From Eutreptiella sp. 'Long Island Sound 2002' (lineage: Eukaryota > Protista > Euglenida), in assembly GCA_964036045.1 (NCBI GenBank), contig OZ038378.1, positions 166,904,001 through 166,968,000 of the forward strand: a DNA stretch of 64,000 nucleotides. The letters are read 5' to 3'. Shown in pieces: positions 51,901-63,450 of this stretch (its first letter is position 1; every line of letters begins with the position of its first letter). Below the pieces are notes generated by a model that saw only the letters and a program-made list of their open reading frames with translations, had not been told where the DNA came from and ran no database searches. Both the position numbers and the translations under genes were made by a program.

Positions 51901-54900
51901 ACGACCACAGAATGGACATACGCCAGCTGTTACAGGATATGTCGCAGGCATTGTTGGCCCGGAAGGGGAAACAACCCAAAGTTATGCAGGTGACTGTTCA
52001 CGTGAGACACTGACACACAACTGAGACTTTACATCTCAAACACCACATGAAACCACCATGAATTTTGAGGCACATGATGTACTAGTACGTGAGCCATGGT
52101 GGTACCATGTACACGCAACAACCTAGGACATGACGAGCAGCAGACGTCGGCGCTGACCCTGCTGTGGTGTCTATGGCGTCCTAGCTGCTGCCAGAGAGTT
52201 GGGCAGCTGAGACTCCTGTGAAGCTGACAAAAAAAAGCAATATGCACTTGCTTCTCTTGCATGACTGTTGTGTGTTTCTGCCTCCTGTGCCACACATCCA
52301 TTATGTTTCCCCAGTTTGCATTCCAAAAAGCCAAAAGGTGCATATCAGCTGTTTGTCCTGCCAGAACCTACCTATCTTGCATTTTACTGATACAGACTGC
52401 TTTGAGTGTGCATGTCTGTTGCAAATAGAAGTCATTTGCAGCTTTCTGGACATAAATTTTGGATTGCTTTTGGATTGCAAACCAGCCGTCAATTTTCTTG
52501 GAAGATCACAAAGATTCTTTTCCCTGGACGTACCCAGCCATGTAGCCATGTAGATGCCATTGCAGGGCACTGGGTTCCAATCAAATACACATGATACTGC
52601 CCCACGACCCTTCTGCTCATTTGCCGTGTCAAAAGGAAGCCAGAGTGTCGTGTGTTTAACACCCAGAATTTTGGCTGAGGCATCATTGTGCATACTGTAT
52701 GGTCGCCCTGAATGAAGGCAGTAAACCAGCTGCAGTCCAGTTGAGACTTTGGAGGCCTTCACAAGGATTGGGAAATGCACTTAGAGTCAGTGTGGAGGGG
52801 TGAAATGAATGCGGTCCAGGCCTTTGCGCCTGCAAATGATGTTTCATGTGCTTGGGACGGAGTTTTACCGCACAAGGTGTGCATGGGGCACGCACGGGGT
52901 AAATTCTCTCTCTGGGATTACTCAACGAGCCTCTGCCCTATGATGTTGGTTCCCAAATGATACCCTGGTGACTCCACAGCTTCCCTTTCGCCTTGCATCA
53001 GGCTTCTACCTTTGGCAGTGGGTTCAAGGGCAGAGAAGGAAGCGGAAATGTAAGAGGCAGGGGAGGGAGATGGGATCTGCAGTGGTGGTGGGGTTTGTGT
53101 TGCTGACCATACTTGCCTCTCAGTGTGGTTGTGTGTGTTTGTGGGTGTGTGTTTGTGGGTGTGTGCTAGAGGGTGTGGGGTACATGTGTGCTGTGTTTGT
53201 GAAACCCCAACCTCTTCAACCCTCTTGCCCCTGCACTCGCGCTGCTGAGGCCGAGGGATTCATGCTCTGATGTTGGGGGCAATGTTTGCTTTTAACTTTT
53301 GAGGGCTGACCAGACCATCCAACTCGTGCATTGGAATGTGTTTGTGTTTGTGTTTGTGCAATGTCACCAAAACACATCTTTTCACACTCATTTGTGGTGC
53401 TCAAAGATGTTCTCCAGAATCCAACCTTTGACTCCTTTCAATGCCTGCAGACAAGACTGACAGGCTAAAGGTTCCTCACCCATTTAAACATCCTGCCGCC
53501 CCAGACAGTTTTGCTGAGGAAGTCTAAAATATCTTGGGATGATGATGGCGTTGTGGTCAGCGTCGAGTGGTACGTGTGGTAGCATGTGGCAAGGTTGGTT
53601 CTTTTTCCCAGATTCGCTTGTGGGTTGGGTGTTCGACCAGTTCCGTCCGATTGTTGAGGACTCTTTTGAAGGTTGCTCGTTTCGTTGTTGTTTATTGAAC
53701 CATTCAAAGAGAGTGTTTTGATGTTATATGTCCAACCCATAATCACTGCTTTATGCTCTCAGCCATTGCATAGATTCTGTCTCACATGCTTTGTCATTCT
53801 GGCCTCTGGTAACCCTGCTGCAGCAATGACCTGCAGCATACTGTAGATCTTTCCCCCCCTCTTTGTTGAGCCTCTGTTGTGTGGATCTCTTTGCACATGT
53901 CAACCCAAAATCTACTCTGTTCTGTGGGTATATTTTGGGTCACATGCGTAGCTGCCTTTTTTTTTTTGAACCACAACCTATCCCCACCAAATAACGTCTT
54001 AGTTTGTGATCTTGACAGAACACCCCACTGGAAGAAGTCCCCTCCGCCCTTTGTCCTCCTTTGAGGTAAGGGTAGCAACCGTGCAACTGATTTCTGGCGG
54101 AACCACAGGGTGCAGTAGTTGATGCTTTCCAGCTGGGCATTCACTTCAGCATAATGAGCATTTTTGGCACAAAATAGAATGGATGTGAAGTGTCTGGAGT
54201 CAATGAAAGCATCTTGTAGGTTGTAGCCAAGGAGGCCTCAGCTACTTTGGAAGTCATTGAGGAAGATGCTACTCAGATTGTGCTATTCATTCATAATAGT
54301 TCCAACGTAAAATCAGGTCTGGATACCACCTCACGTTGGAGGTGTTGCACAGTGTTCACTTAGAAACATGCCAAGAATATATCCAAGAATCTCAGAGTAT
54401 TGGTGAATTTGTGCGCATTGTGTTTGTGTGCTGGTGATGGAGGGGCCTGGTGTTGGTGCTGATTGTTGGTGGTGGTTGTGGTTGTGGTTGTGGTAATAAT
54501 GTTGTTGTTTTGGTAGTTTGTAACAAATTGACTCGGCTTCCAGCATCCATGTTGCACGTTTCTTAGAAACCCAACTTGTGAACCCAAAGGGTATTTTGCT
54601 GTAATGTCACCCTCCAAAAAACGTTCCTGAATTTCACACCATAGCCCACCACAGGGAATGCCATGCACGCAGTGCGCACGCAGTGCGAAGTTTTGGATGT
54701 CGGCAAATACTCGAACCCTAGTTTTGGCCCCCTTTCACAAGTTTTTGGTTCCGTACCAGGGTTTGTTTGGCTTCCCAAGCATTTAGGATGTGGCATATTT
54801 GAATTGTCAACCATTTCCCCCTAGAAGAGGCCCATCGACAAAGTGTACACCGTCGACACCACCCGGATCTTGACGTCGTCATTGTCGACACTGCAGCGAG

Positions 54901-56221
54901 CCTGGTATCCGTAGAGGCAGTTCGATTCGCCCTGCAGAGTACTCTTCCCAACAGTTTGATTCGCCCTGCAGAGTGCTCTTCCCGACAGATAGTATGTGCA
55001 CCAAAACCTTGGTCGACTTCAAGGTGATTCTCAAACCGAGATGCTCAAGATCATCGATCGGTATGGCCACGTCCACAACTGCAAAGAAGTCAACGTGGTC
55101 ATCGTCGCTCGAAGGCTCTCGATCGCTGATACTCGATGGTGGCGAGTCGACACCAGGACCGGACAGTTCTTCTTCGACGATGCTGTTGGTGATAACTACA
55201 ACCAGAAGTATCGATGGACACCTGGCCAACCCTATGGTATTGACACCTTTCAGTCTTCCCCCTAGTAAACAGGTGACAGGTATTCTTGGGTGAGTATCCT
55301 AGCCTCTGTGTGCGCAATATGCACGCAGTGCGCACGCAGTGCGCACGCAGTGCAAACACTTAGCCACACACACCAAAACCCAATTCACATAATGCCTACA
55401 GCCTTGCATGCAGTGTGCAAGTTCTGGACCATATTTTGAATCCTTTTTTCAACACAATACCAAACCACTGGAGCAAATGGGGGCTCTCAATGTAGTGCTG
55501 TGTGGTTCTTCTCCACGAGATTACTTTATGGAGCCATGCTACTCCTAATGGTTTCCCCTCAATGACCCCTTTTCTCCTCATGTATACCTGGTACATTTAC
55601 AGCACTTGTCTCTTCTCTCATTTAAACCTACCCCCCCCCCCCCCTTGCAACCCCCCCCCCATGGGGGGGAACATCACTTCGCTCAAAAAGCATAGGAATT
55701 ACTAGGTGCCAAAGGCGGCGAAGAAAATGTCTCTTTAGGTTACACTGGAACTGGGGTTGGGGGGGACCATCACTTGGTGACCCCCCCCCCCCCCCCCCGG
55801 GGGGGGGGGGGGGCGGCCTGACATTAGGGGGGGGGATTACAAGGGGGGCGGGGGGTACTTTCCCTCATTTGCCCTCATTTATCTCTTTGTTGATATGCAG
55901 AACATATTAGGGAACAACCATTTCTGCTAGACACATGGAAAGAACAACAACGTGTGCAAATCATGTTTAGGGGGGCGCCTTAAGCGCAGTGCGCGCGCAG
56001 TGCAACTATTTGGGCGTCTGGCCGTAGTAGAAACCCATACTTTGTGGTACTTTGGGCATCATTGTTGTTTGGTAGTAGGTTTTAATGCATTGGGGATCTG
56101 GCATTTTTGGATGTCGACCCTGTTTCACCCATTTCTACTTTTTTGCACACAGTTTTGCCCATTTCCGCCACATCTACTCTTTTTCTTGGTTGATTGATAT
56201 GGTAATACAATTTGAGGGTGC

Positions 56222-56647
56222 TTGCTAGAGGACATCATACTTCCCTTCTCATTTCTTAGGCCCATTTTCTCCGTGGATCCCAGTATTGGGGATAGGGTGT
56301 TCTACACTCGCTCCAATGGCCTGCGACCTCCTACCACGGTGGTTGGGACGGCTGAAGACGGACTCCTCCACTTGGAATACTACCAAGATGGGTTGAGAGT
56401 GGTGAATCGGCAATGCAAGATGGAGTCCATCTCCTTTGCCAACCCCAGTTCAGACTCGCCACCTGACTGCCCTCCATCTCCGCTGCCCAACACACAATCA
56501 ACTTCCCCCCCAAAGGCCCCTGGTCCTTCACCATGCCACAAGAACTGGGAAGGTCCCCCTCAAGGTCCCCTCCAGTTCAGTTTGGGTCGCCTAATTCTAA
56601 GGGTGTTTCCAAGGGGCGTGCCTAGGGGCTCTTCGGGGGGAACATAG
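56222..56647 (+). other. Short coding-like ORF with a small beta-rich motif, function unknown
   Basis: IGDRVFYTRSNG...VVGTAEDGLLHLEYYQDG reads like an SH3/Tudor-type small domain followed by a Pro-rich tail. Unverified. Confidence 0.3.
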
Positions 56648-57549
56648 TCTAAAAGTAGCGTGCAGTGCAAGGATCCCCCCTAGGGAAGATGTAAAGTTGC
56701 ACACATATATGGCCTAGGACGACGCTCAGCGGCTGTTAGGGGGGGTGTCTAGGCCATACACATGTGTGAGAAATCACCTCGAAGAGAGGTTGTTAGATCA
56801 AGCACAGACGCGGGCGTCGTATACCCCGCTTTTTGGGGGTCATTCGCGTAGCATACCCCAAGGGATGATATGGGATGTCCAACCCCTTGTAAAATCATTA
56901 TTTTGCCCAAAAAGACAATCCCCCAATGGGTTTTTTGATTCTGAGGCCTCTATCCCCTAAAACTGGATATCAATTTTTTGAGGGATGGGGGTGGGGATGG
57001 GGGGAGGGGTCAAAAGTTTGTGCTCAGAAGGCTCCAAGCAGTGGAGGGACACACTGCTGTCACAACAAACCCCGGTCCAACAGTAACACAGCCGACTGCA
57101 GAATTTTAGGTCGGCGGTTGGAATCCTGGTCAGACGACCGTCGTCGTCGGCGGCGGGGCTGCCGCCATGTTTGCCCGACCGGGGCTCCGGCCGCCGATCC
57201 AAAAGTCTTTGGTCGGCTGCATTACCATTCGGCCACTGCTTACCCTGAGGTCAGCCTTCCTCCCCACTGCTTGGGGCCGAGTCTGCCACTGACAAAAAAC
57301 CCAAACTGTGTGTTTCTGTCTGACTGACTGCTGGCCTGGCTAAGTGACTGATTGGCTGACTGTCAGCCTCTCTTCGAGGTGCAGTGCTGAAGGCAATAGA
57401 ATTTGGCATGGTGCCAAAGATGATGAGCCATGTTTCACTGTTTGGTTTGTCTATGGGGCCAAGACAAGGCATACCCCCAACCCCAAAGGCTAATTTGGTT
57501 GGCTGTGCACAAGATGGCATGCAATGCAAGTGTAGACACACAACCTAGT

Positions 57550-58370
57550 GTCTTGCTCTTTAGGATTTTGCTGCATAGCTGTGGGGGTGAGCAATGTTGC
57601 CCCATCTTGTATGCCATGCTCCGCAAGACAACGGCCGGACTTGCATTTGACTGAGTTAGTGCTAGATGGGCGACCAACTAGCTGTGACTGTGACTGCCGT
57701 GGTGTGGCATGAGTAGCATAGAAGTTGGAAGGCACATCAAGGAGTTGTGACACTAACATCCCGAAGTCTTGTTTATGAGTTACGTTGACGACATACTCTT
57801 TGGTGCATGTGATTTGGATGTAGTTAAGCAGGTGTGGGCCTCTGTGGAGGAGACAGGATGTATCCTCGGATTGAGGGCTCACCTTGACAAGACAAAAATC
57901 TACCATTGGGGGGGGGAGAAGAGGTAGGAAAGACGGTCCATTGGGGGGAAAACCAGTAAAGGTGAGGGCACCCTGCTTTGATTACCGAAGGCATTTCATG
58001 GCAGCCCCACATTGCAAAGGGAATGCCATGGAACACTTTAGACAGCGAGCCATGGCGGCGTTAGCAAGGTACTGAGGACTACCATTGGACAATTGGGAAA
58101 AGTGTTGCCGCCGAACGTGGTAGCGGCGCCCAAACTAATGCATAAGGCCGTGCCCAGTAGGGGATGAAGAACACCGCCATTACGTGGACAAGGTATTTCG
58201 AGACTTTGTTTGGGAATTCCACAGGCAGGGCAAGGGGCAAATGAGAGCAAAAATGAATAGATCGGTCAAATGGGGAGGTATGGGCCTGCGAATGACGCAT
58301 TGGACGTGGCGAGCTAGGTTTATAGTGAGTGGTCAGTGGTCAGGGCACATGGGCGGGGTCTGGTGAGGGA
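57550..58370 (+). mobile_element. L1-like LINE RT fragment (LINE-A)
   Basis: FMSYVDDILF (YVDD at 57781-57792), ILGLRAHLDKTKIY and the thumb motif FVWEF...KWGGMGLR. Frameshifted. Confidence 0.7.
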
Positions 58371-58608
58371 GGTGGAGGGGTCTCTTGGAAGTTCGCCCCA
58401 GAGGGAGTGATTCGCCGAATCCCATCTGCCTATGACCCAGTGGTGAGATCGGCGCAGGGGTCCTTGCAGGTTCTTGCCCCGTTGGATTTGCGGCCGTTGC
58501 GTCGATGTGACCCGCTGTATGTTAGGTGTGAACCAGTGCCTTAGTTTGTTGGTTTTTTGAGTATGTTCTTTTCTTTCGTGCCCTAGCTTCACCGGGCGTT
58601 GTCTGGTA

Positions 58609-59296
58609 GTGTGTTGTTGCTTATGCGGCACCTGCATCTTGCGAATGTTCGTCACCTGTGAATATTTTCGACTCAAGTCGGCGCCAGATCTCATTTTTGA
58701 TGTCCTCAGGGATTTTACTTCGGACTCCTGGGATGCGCCGTTGCACCTAGCCACATCACCCGTACCTCAGTTGGGTAAGGTGGATCCCCAGTTGGTTGGG
58801 CGCGGGCTAGGTACCGTAGGTAATTATGAGATATCTGATGAGTTGTGGCATGAGCTAGCACCTGTAGATTTTGAGGCCTCTGTTGCGCAGTTTTCCTTGC
58901 CTCGCGATGTTTACTCCCCGAGTCGGGAGGACATGGTTTTATCCATGGTTTGTGGGTTCCTGAATGCGGGGGTGGTGAGCGTTATGGATGGAGGCTCCCC
59001 ACTGAGGGCAACGTGCTGGCCTTTCATAATACCAAAAACCACCGAGAAAGTGTCGCCAATTTTTAATTTGGTGGACTTGAATGAGGGTTTGCAGAGGCCG
59101 GTGTCGTTCTCTTTGGATGGGTGGGAGCAGATTTCGCGCAAGTTGGCGGAATGGCCAGCGGATAGACCGTTGTTCTGTACGCATGCTGATTTGGAGAACG
59201 CCTTCTGGAGCGTTACATTGCGGCGACGACATGCAAGGGCTTTTCGTTTCCGTTTGCGGTGGGAGGGTGAGGATAGAATTTTTTGTATGTCCCGGA
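58609..59296 (+). mobile_element. DIRS/VIPER/TATE-like (tyrosine-recombinase class) retroelement RT, 5' part
   Basis: WPFIIPKTTEKVSPIFNLVDLN and HADLENAFWSV...AFRFR...RIFCMSR. The frame resumes at 62902 once the insertion is removed. Confidence 0.75.
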
Positions 59297-62200
59297 CGGT
59301 GCGCACTGGGTGTCCTGGCTGCCGATGCGCGGGGACCGACATATGCTCTGGGTCAAATGGGTCTGGGGCCAGGTACGATGGGATGGGACGGGCGCGCCGT
59401 GGGACCATACCTTAGGCGGCCCAACTGGGGGTGCTAAAAAACACCCCTTTGGCCCCCTTTCTTTTGGGTTTGCAGAAGCCCTTTTCTGTAGCAATGTTGC
59501 ACCCACTGCAATTGGGGAGGGTCGCAGACACCGTGTTCCGGAGGTGTTTGAGCCGGGCACTGTCAGAATTCTGACAGTGCCTTTGCCTTTCAAAGAGTGC
59601 GCTTCATGGAAGGGTGATCGGTCACATGGCTACAAAGTACAGGGGCTGAACAATGCAAATTCTGGTGGTTTACATTGTCCTGTGATGTGTGCCTGCCTTG
59701 GGCACTATAGCGAATGCAGGCAGGCATAACTGGACAATGCAAACCACCACGTTTTGCACCATTCAGCCCCAGTCATCTGACCGATCACCCTTCCATGAAG
59801 CGTACCCTGTAAAAGGCAAAGGCACTGTCAGAATTCTGACAGTGCCCAAGTCGACCACCTCCGGTACATTGTGTCTGCCAGTCACCCCTATTACAATGGC
59901 TGCATTAGCGACACATCACTGTACATTTTTTTTCCATGCTAGGTGTTTTCCATGACATGTGTGGCGTGTTATGTGTGGCACGTTGTGTGTTCCATATGGT
60001 GTGTTCCATGTGTTGTATTGCATATTGTGTGTTACATGCTGTGTGTTGTGTGTTGTGTGGTGTACATAGTGTAAATGCGTCATTCTGTTTATGGTCTCGG
60101 ACGCATGGTTGCAGAACCATCTGGGGGTAGCCCGAAAACCCTGACAGCAACCCTGACGACAAAAATTCTGACACCAATCATGCATGGAGTGGTGGAAACC
60201 CATGTTTGTGGGCAGCGCATATTTGGAATGCAATGCAAACCCCCTCACGGGCTAAATTTTGGGAGCTTTTGGCCCATTTGTTGGCAGGCAAAAAACATGC
60301 AAAAACGGCAGTTTGAGGCGATTTTGACACCCAAATGGCACGGAACAGCCAGTTGCAGGCAGGCTAAAAAAGCGCAGGTCTGTGTACCAGTGTTTGTAGA
60401 AGGGTGGCAAAGGGGGCAGTCACATAACCAGGGTCCCAAGGACGATTGTAAATAGGATGGGGGAAAATACTGTCAAACAGCAACATCCGGACCGTTGTTT
60501 TTCTGCGAACCCTTGTCCCGTGACCTGGCCGCCACAGGGTGCGGGTAGAGAACGCATGTTGGACACTATGCATGGGTTGGAGAAACGCATGTGCGCGTAT
60601 GCAGATTCTTATACGTGCGGACAACATTGCACACTACCAGAAACAGCTTGGGTAGAAGCAACATGTGTCACTGTCAGAATTCTGACAGCGTTCTTTGCGA
60701 ATAGCACGGCTACGGAATGGATGTTCCCAGTTGTGCCTTCCGCAGTTATATTCGCTGTCAGAATTCTGATAGTGACACCTGGTGTTGCTTCAACCCAACC
60801 TGTTGGTAGTAATGTGCACTGCCGTCCGCAGCTATGCGAATTTGCATACGACAAGAATTGCCACAAATGTGTTGCTCCGGCCCGTGCCTTTCATGCATAG
60901 TGTCCAAAGTGCCTCCTCTACCCGCACCCTTTTTATCCTGTGGCAGTTAGGTCCTGGAACAAGGGTTTGCAGAAAAACATCTGTCAGAATTTTGCTTTCT
61001 GACAGCGTTTTTTCATGTCCTCCCCCATCTGAATTAAAACTGTCCCTGGAACCCTAGTTACGTGACTGCGCCCTTGCCACCCCTCTGCAAACACTGGTAC
61101 ACACACCTAGCCAATGCTGCGCCTTTACAGTGTGCCTGCAACTAGCTGTTCCATGCAATTTGGGTGTCAACATTGCCTCAAACAGTCGTTTTTTCATACT
61201 TTTTTGCCGGCCATAAATGGGCCAAAAGATGCCAAAATGTAGCCCGTGAGGGGGTTTGCGTTACATCCCAAAGGCGCGCTGCCCACAAACATGGGTTTCC
61301 ACCACTCCATTTTCACTGTCAGAATTCTGACAGTGCCCTTTTTGGACGCACCCCCAGTTGGGCCGCCTAAGCATACCACCCCCAAATGCCCCATATGTCC
61401 CCTCCACCACGGTACCACTGTCCACAAACGCCTCATCCACTGCATGCGCTGGAAAGTCGCATTTTGCAACATGTGGCTTAGCACCTGGGGACCATGGCAA
61501 GATACAGTAACGGAATGGTGGAACAGGGCGTCGGCGGCAGACCTACAACATGTTTCCTGCCTTCGCATACCACAGTCCCTATGGGACCACATCCCCCGAA
61601 CACTGCGGGTAGACCTCAGGGAGCGTGTGGCCTGGCACCGGTACCACGCCCTACATGGCGTATGCCAACTGCGCGGCCAACTCACCATGCCCCCCCGCGA
61701 CCCACAGGTGCCGCCCACGCCCTCCACAGCGGTGCCAGCATGGTACACAAAGCTGCGCCCACGAGCTGTACGGCCGAACCCCACGGACTCTGTCCTCCGC
61801 AATCAAGTAGGGTATACAGGGCCCCGGGAGAGAACACGGCGGCGGGATGGGTGCACCTCTCAAGAGACGTCCCACCGTAGAGCGGTGCGCACATGGGACC
61901 GGCCGCAGTCGTACCACACCAGGTCATGGGCGGTGAAATATCTCGACCAGTGCCTCTGTCCTACTGCCACAGACCCAGGGGCACAACAAGTAGCTTCGGC
62001 AATGCAGTATTTGGCCCAGCCTTGGTTTCTGCATCAACGTGCCGTCCTCGGGGCCTCACTGATGGTTTCATACCGCGACGTGCTAGATGATCTGGTGCGG
62101 CAATCACCGCACTGGCACTCCATTCTGCGACGTGCTAAAGTGTGGACCACCTCCGCAGACCAGCACTACCAGCGGCATAACCGAAGGATTTAGCTCTTTT

Positions 62201-62901
62201 CGGTGATGAGCCAGTTGTGGGCAATCGAGCGCGCTGCCCACCGGGTGGAGTCCCCTCTGCCTAAAGGCCACTGCCGCACAAGGCCCGGCATCTTGGGCCA
62301 ACGCCCGCCACCGGACATGGCCCCTCCAAAGCGACGAAAGCTTGTCACTCTTGAGGACCTATGGGGAATGGCACACACGTGATCCAGCATGTCTTAACCC
62401 CTTTAAATCTTACACATTATAGGCCTGCCATATGGCCTACCGCATCTGAGGGCCCTCTGGAATACGCATGTGAACTCTGGGTCTTTGCCATGTGCCCCGC
62501 TTTGCGGGGATCCACTGTATCATATGCTGGAGACGCCCACTTTCCCAAGCACAATCTTGTCGCCCAGGGCATATGCACTTGCAGGGCAGATCAATGAATG
62601 CGCGAGTACGCATAGGGCACCTGCCTGCCGGGGCCCCATCCAGTCCTTTTAGGGTTAGCAAGGGTGCAGGGGATCATACAGGGGGACGAACTGGGATCAG
62701 AACGCAGACAGAGCAGGCCACCAAAGTGCCAGCAATGATGCACCTCTCGCTGTACATACCGAGTTCCATGAACCTTCGGAACAATGCAGTGGCTACGATC
62801 CCAGCTTTGAGGGGCTGAGGGGAGCAGTGGAAAACCTCGAGTGAGACCCAAGCACAGTCTTGAGTACTCTTTGAACTTCTGGAGTCAGTCAAAAAAAAAG
62901 C
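59297..62901 (+). mobile_element. 5'-truncated LINE (LINE-B) inserted into the DIRS-like RT, with oligo-A tail and a TSD of at least 24 bp
   Basis: ATAGAATTTTTTGTATGTCCCGGA is duplicated exactly at 59273-59296 and 62902-62925, with A9 just before the second copy. The insert encodes a zf-RVT-like C-terminus (HMLWVKWVWG...CPICPLHHGTTVHKRLIHC). Confidence 0.8.
59411..61371. mobile_element. Non-autonomous foldback-type TIR element (1961 bp), 24-bp TIR, 5-bp TSD CATAC
   Basis: Perfect TIR CTTAGGCGGCCCAACTGGGGGTGC at 59411-59434 and 61348-61371. CATAC flanks both sides (59406-59410, 61372-61376). Removing the element restores the LINE frame WDHT|TPKCPIC. Two internal long inverted repeats are present. 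Confidence 0.85.
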
Positions 62902-63450
62902 ATAGAATTTTTTGTATGTCCCGGATGCCTTTCGGGTGGAAGCACTCCCCGCTTTTTTTGCTAGACAGCCCTAAGCCTTATAGTGCGACCCCTGATGCCG
63001 GACGGTTACCTACTTTTTCACTACGTCGATGATTTTCTCATCCTAGGACCAGACCCGGTGCGGTTGCGCGCTATCACAGCGCGTGTGGTGCGGGCCTTGG
63101 AAGAGGCGGGGTTCCTCGTGTGGTAAATACGTAAATTTAGGTGTGCGCACGATCAGGTCCCACCCTAGGGCTTTGCTATAGATGTTTAACATCTGGTTGC
63201 GTTTGGCCACTTGGTCCCGCCCTTCGTCCCGCTTGCTTTGTAAGGCGTTAGGATTCATCCACTGGCACTTCCGACCGCGGTTGGGAGGGGGCCTCCTTCT
63301 TGCAGGGAGCTACTGTTGCGACCGGTGGGGGGGGTTTGAGCGCCCCACGCCTTGCAAAGTTCTCCATGGGCTATGCACTGCCAGAGGTGAATTGATGAAC
63401 TGATTTGGTGCTTTGTCTTGTGTGATCTCACGTGGGTCAGTTTCTTCACG
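62902..63450 (+). mobile_element. DIRS/VIPER/TATE-like RT, 3' part
   Basis: RIFCMSRMPFGWKHSP, then LFHYVDDFLILG (YVDD at 63022-63033) and LCKALGFIHWHFRP. Contains frameshifts and stops. Confidence 0.75.

Noticed and set aside
59409-59416. TA or TWA target duplication (Tc1/Harbinger) for the foldback element
   Set aside because: The inverted repeat extends through CTTAG/CTAAG. The CATAC parse explains both flanks and restores the LINE zinc-finger frame, while the TA parse leaves an unexplained direct repeat.
59556-61337. Repeated palindrome read as a CRISPR array
   Set aside because: Spacing is irregular (tens to hundreds of bp), the intervening DNA forms long inverted arms, there are no cas genes, and the whole block is bounded by TIRs and a TSD.
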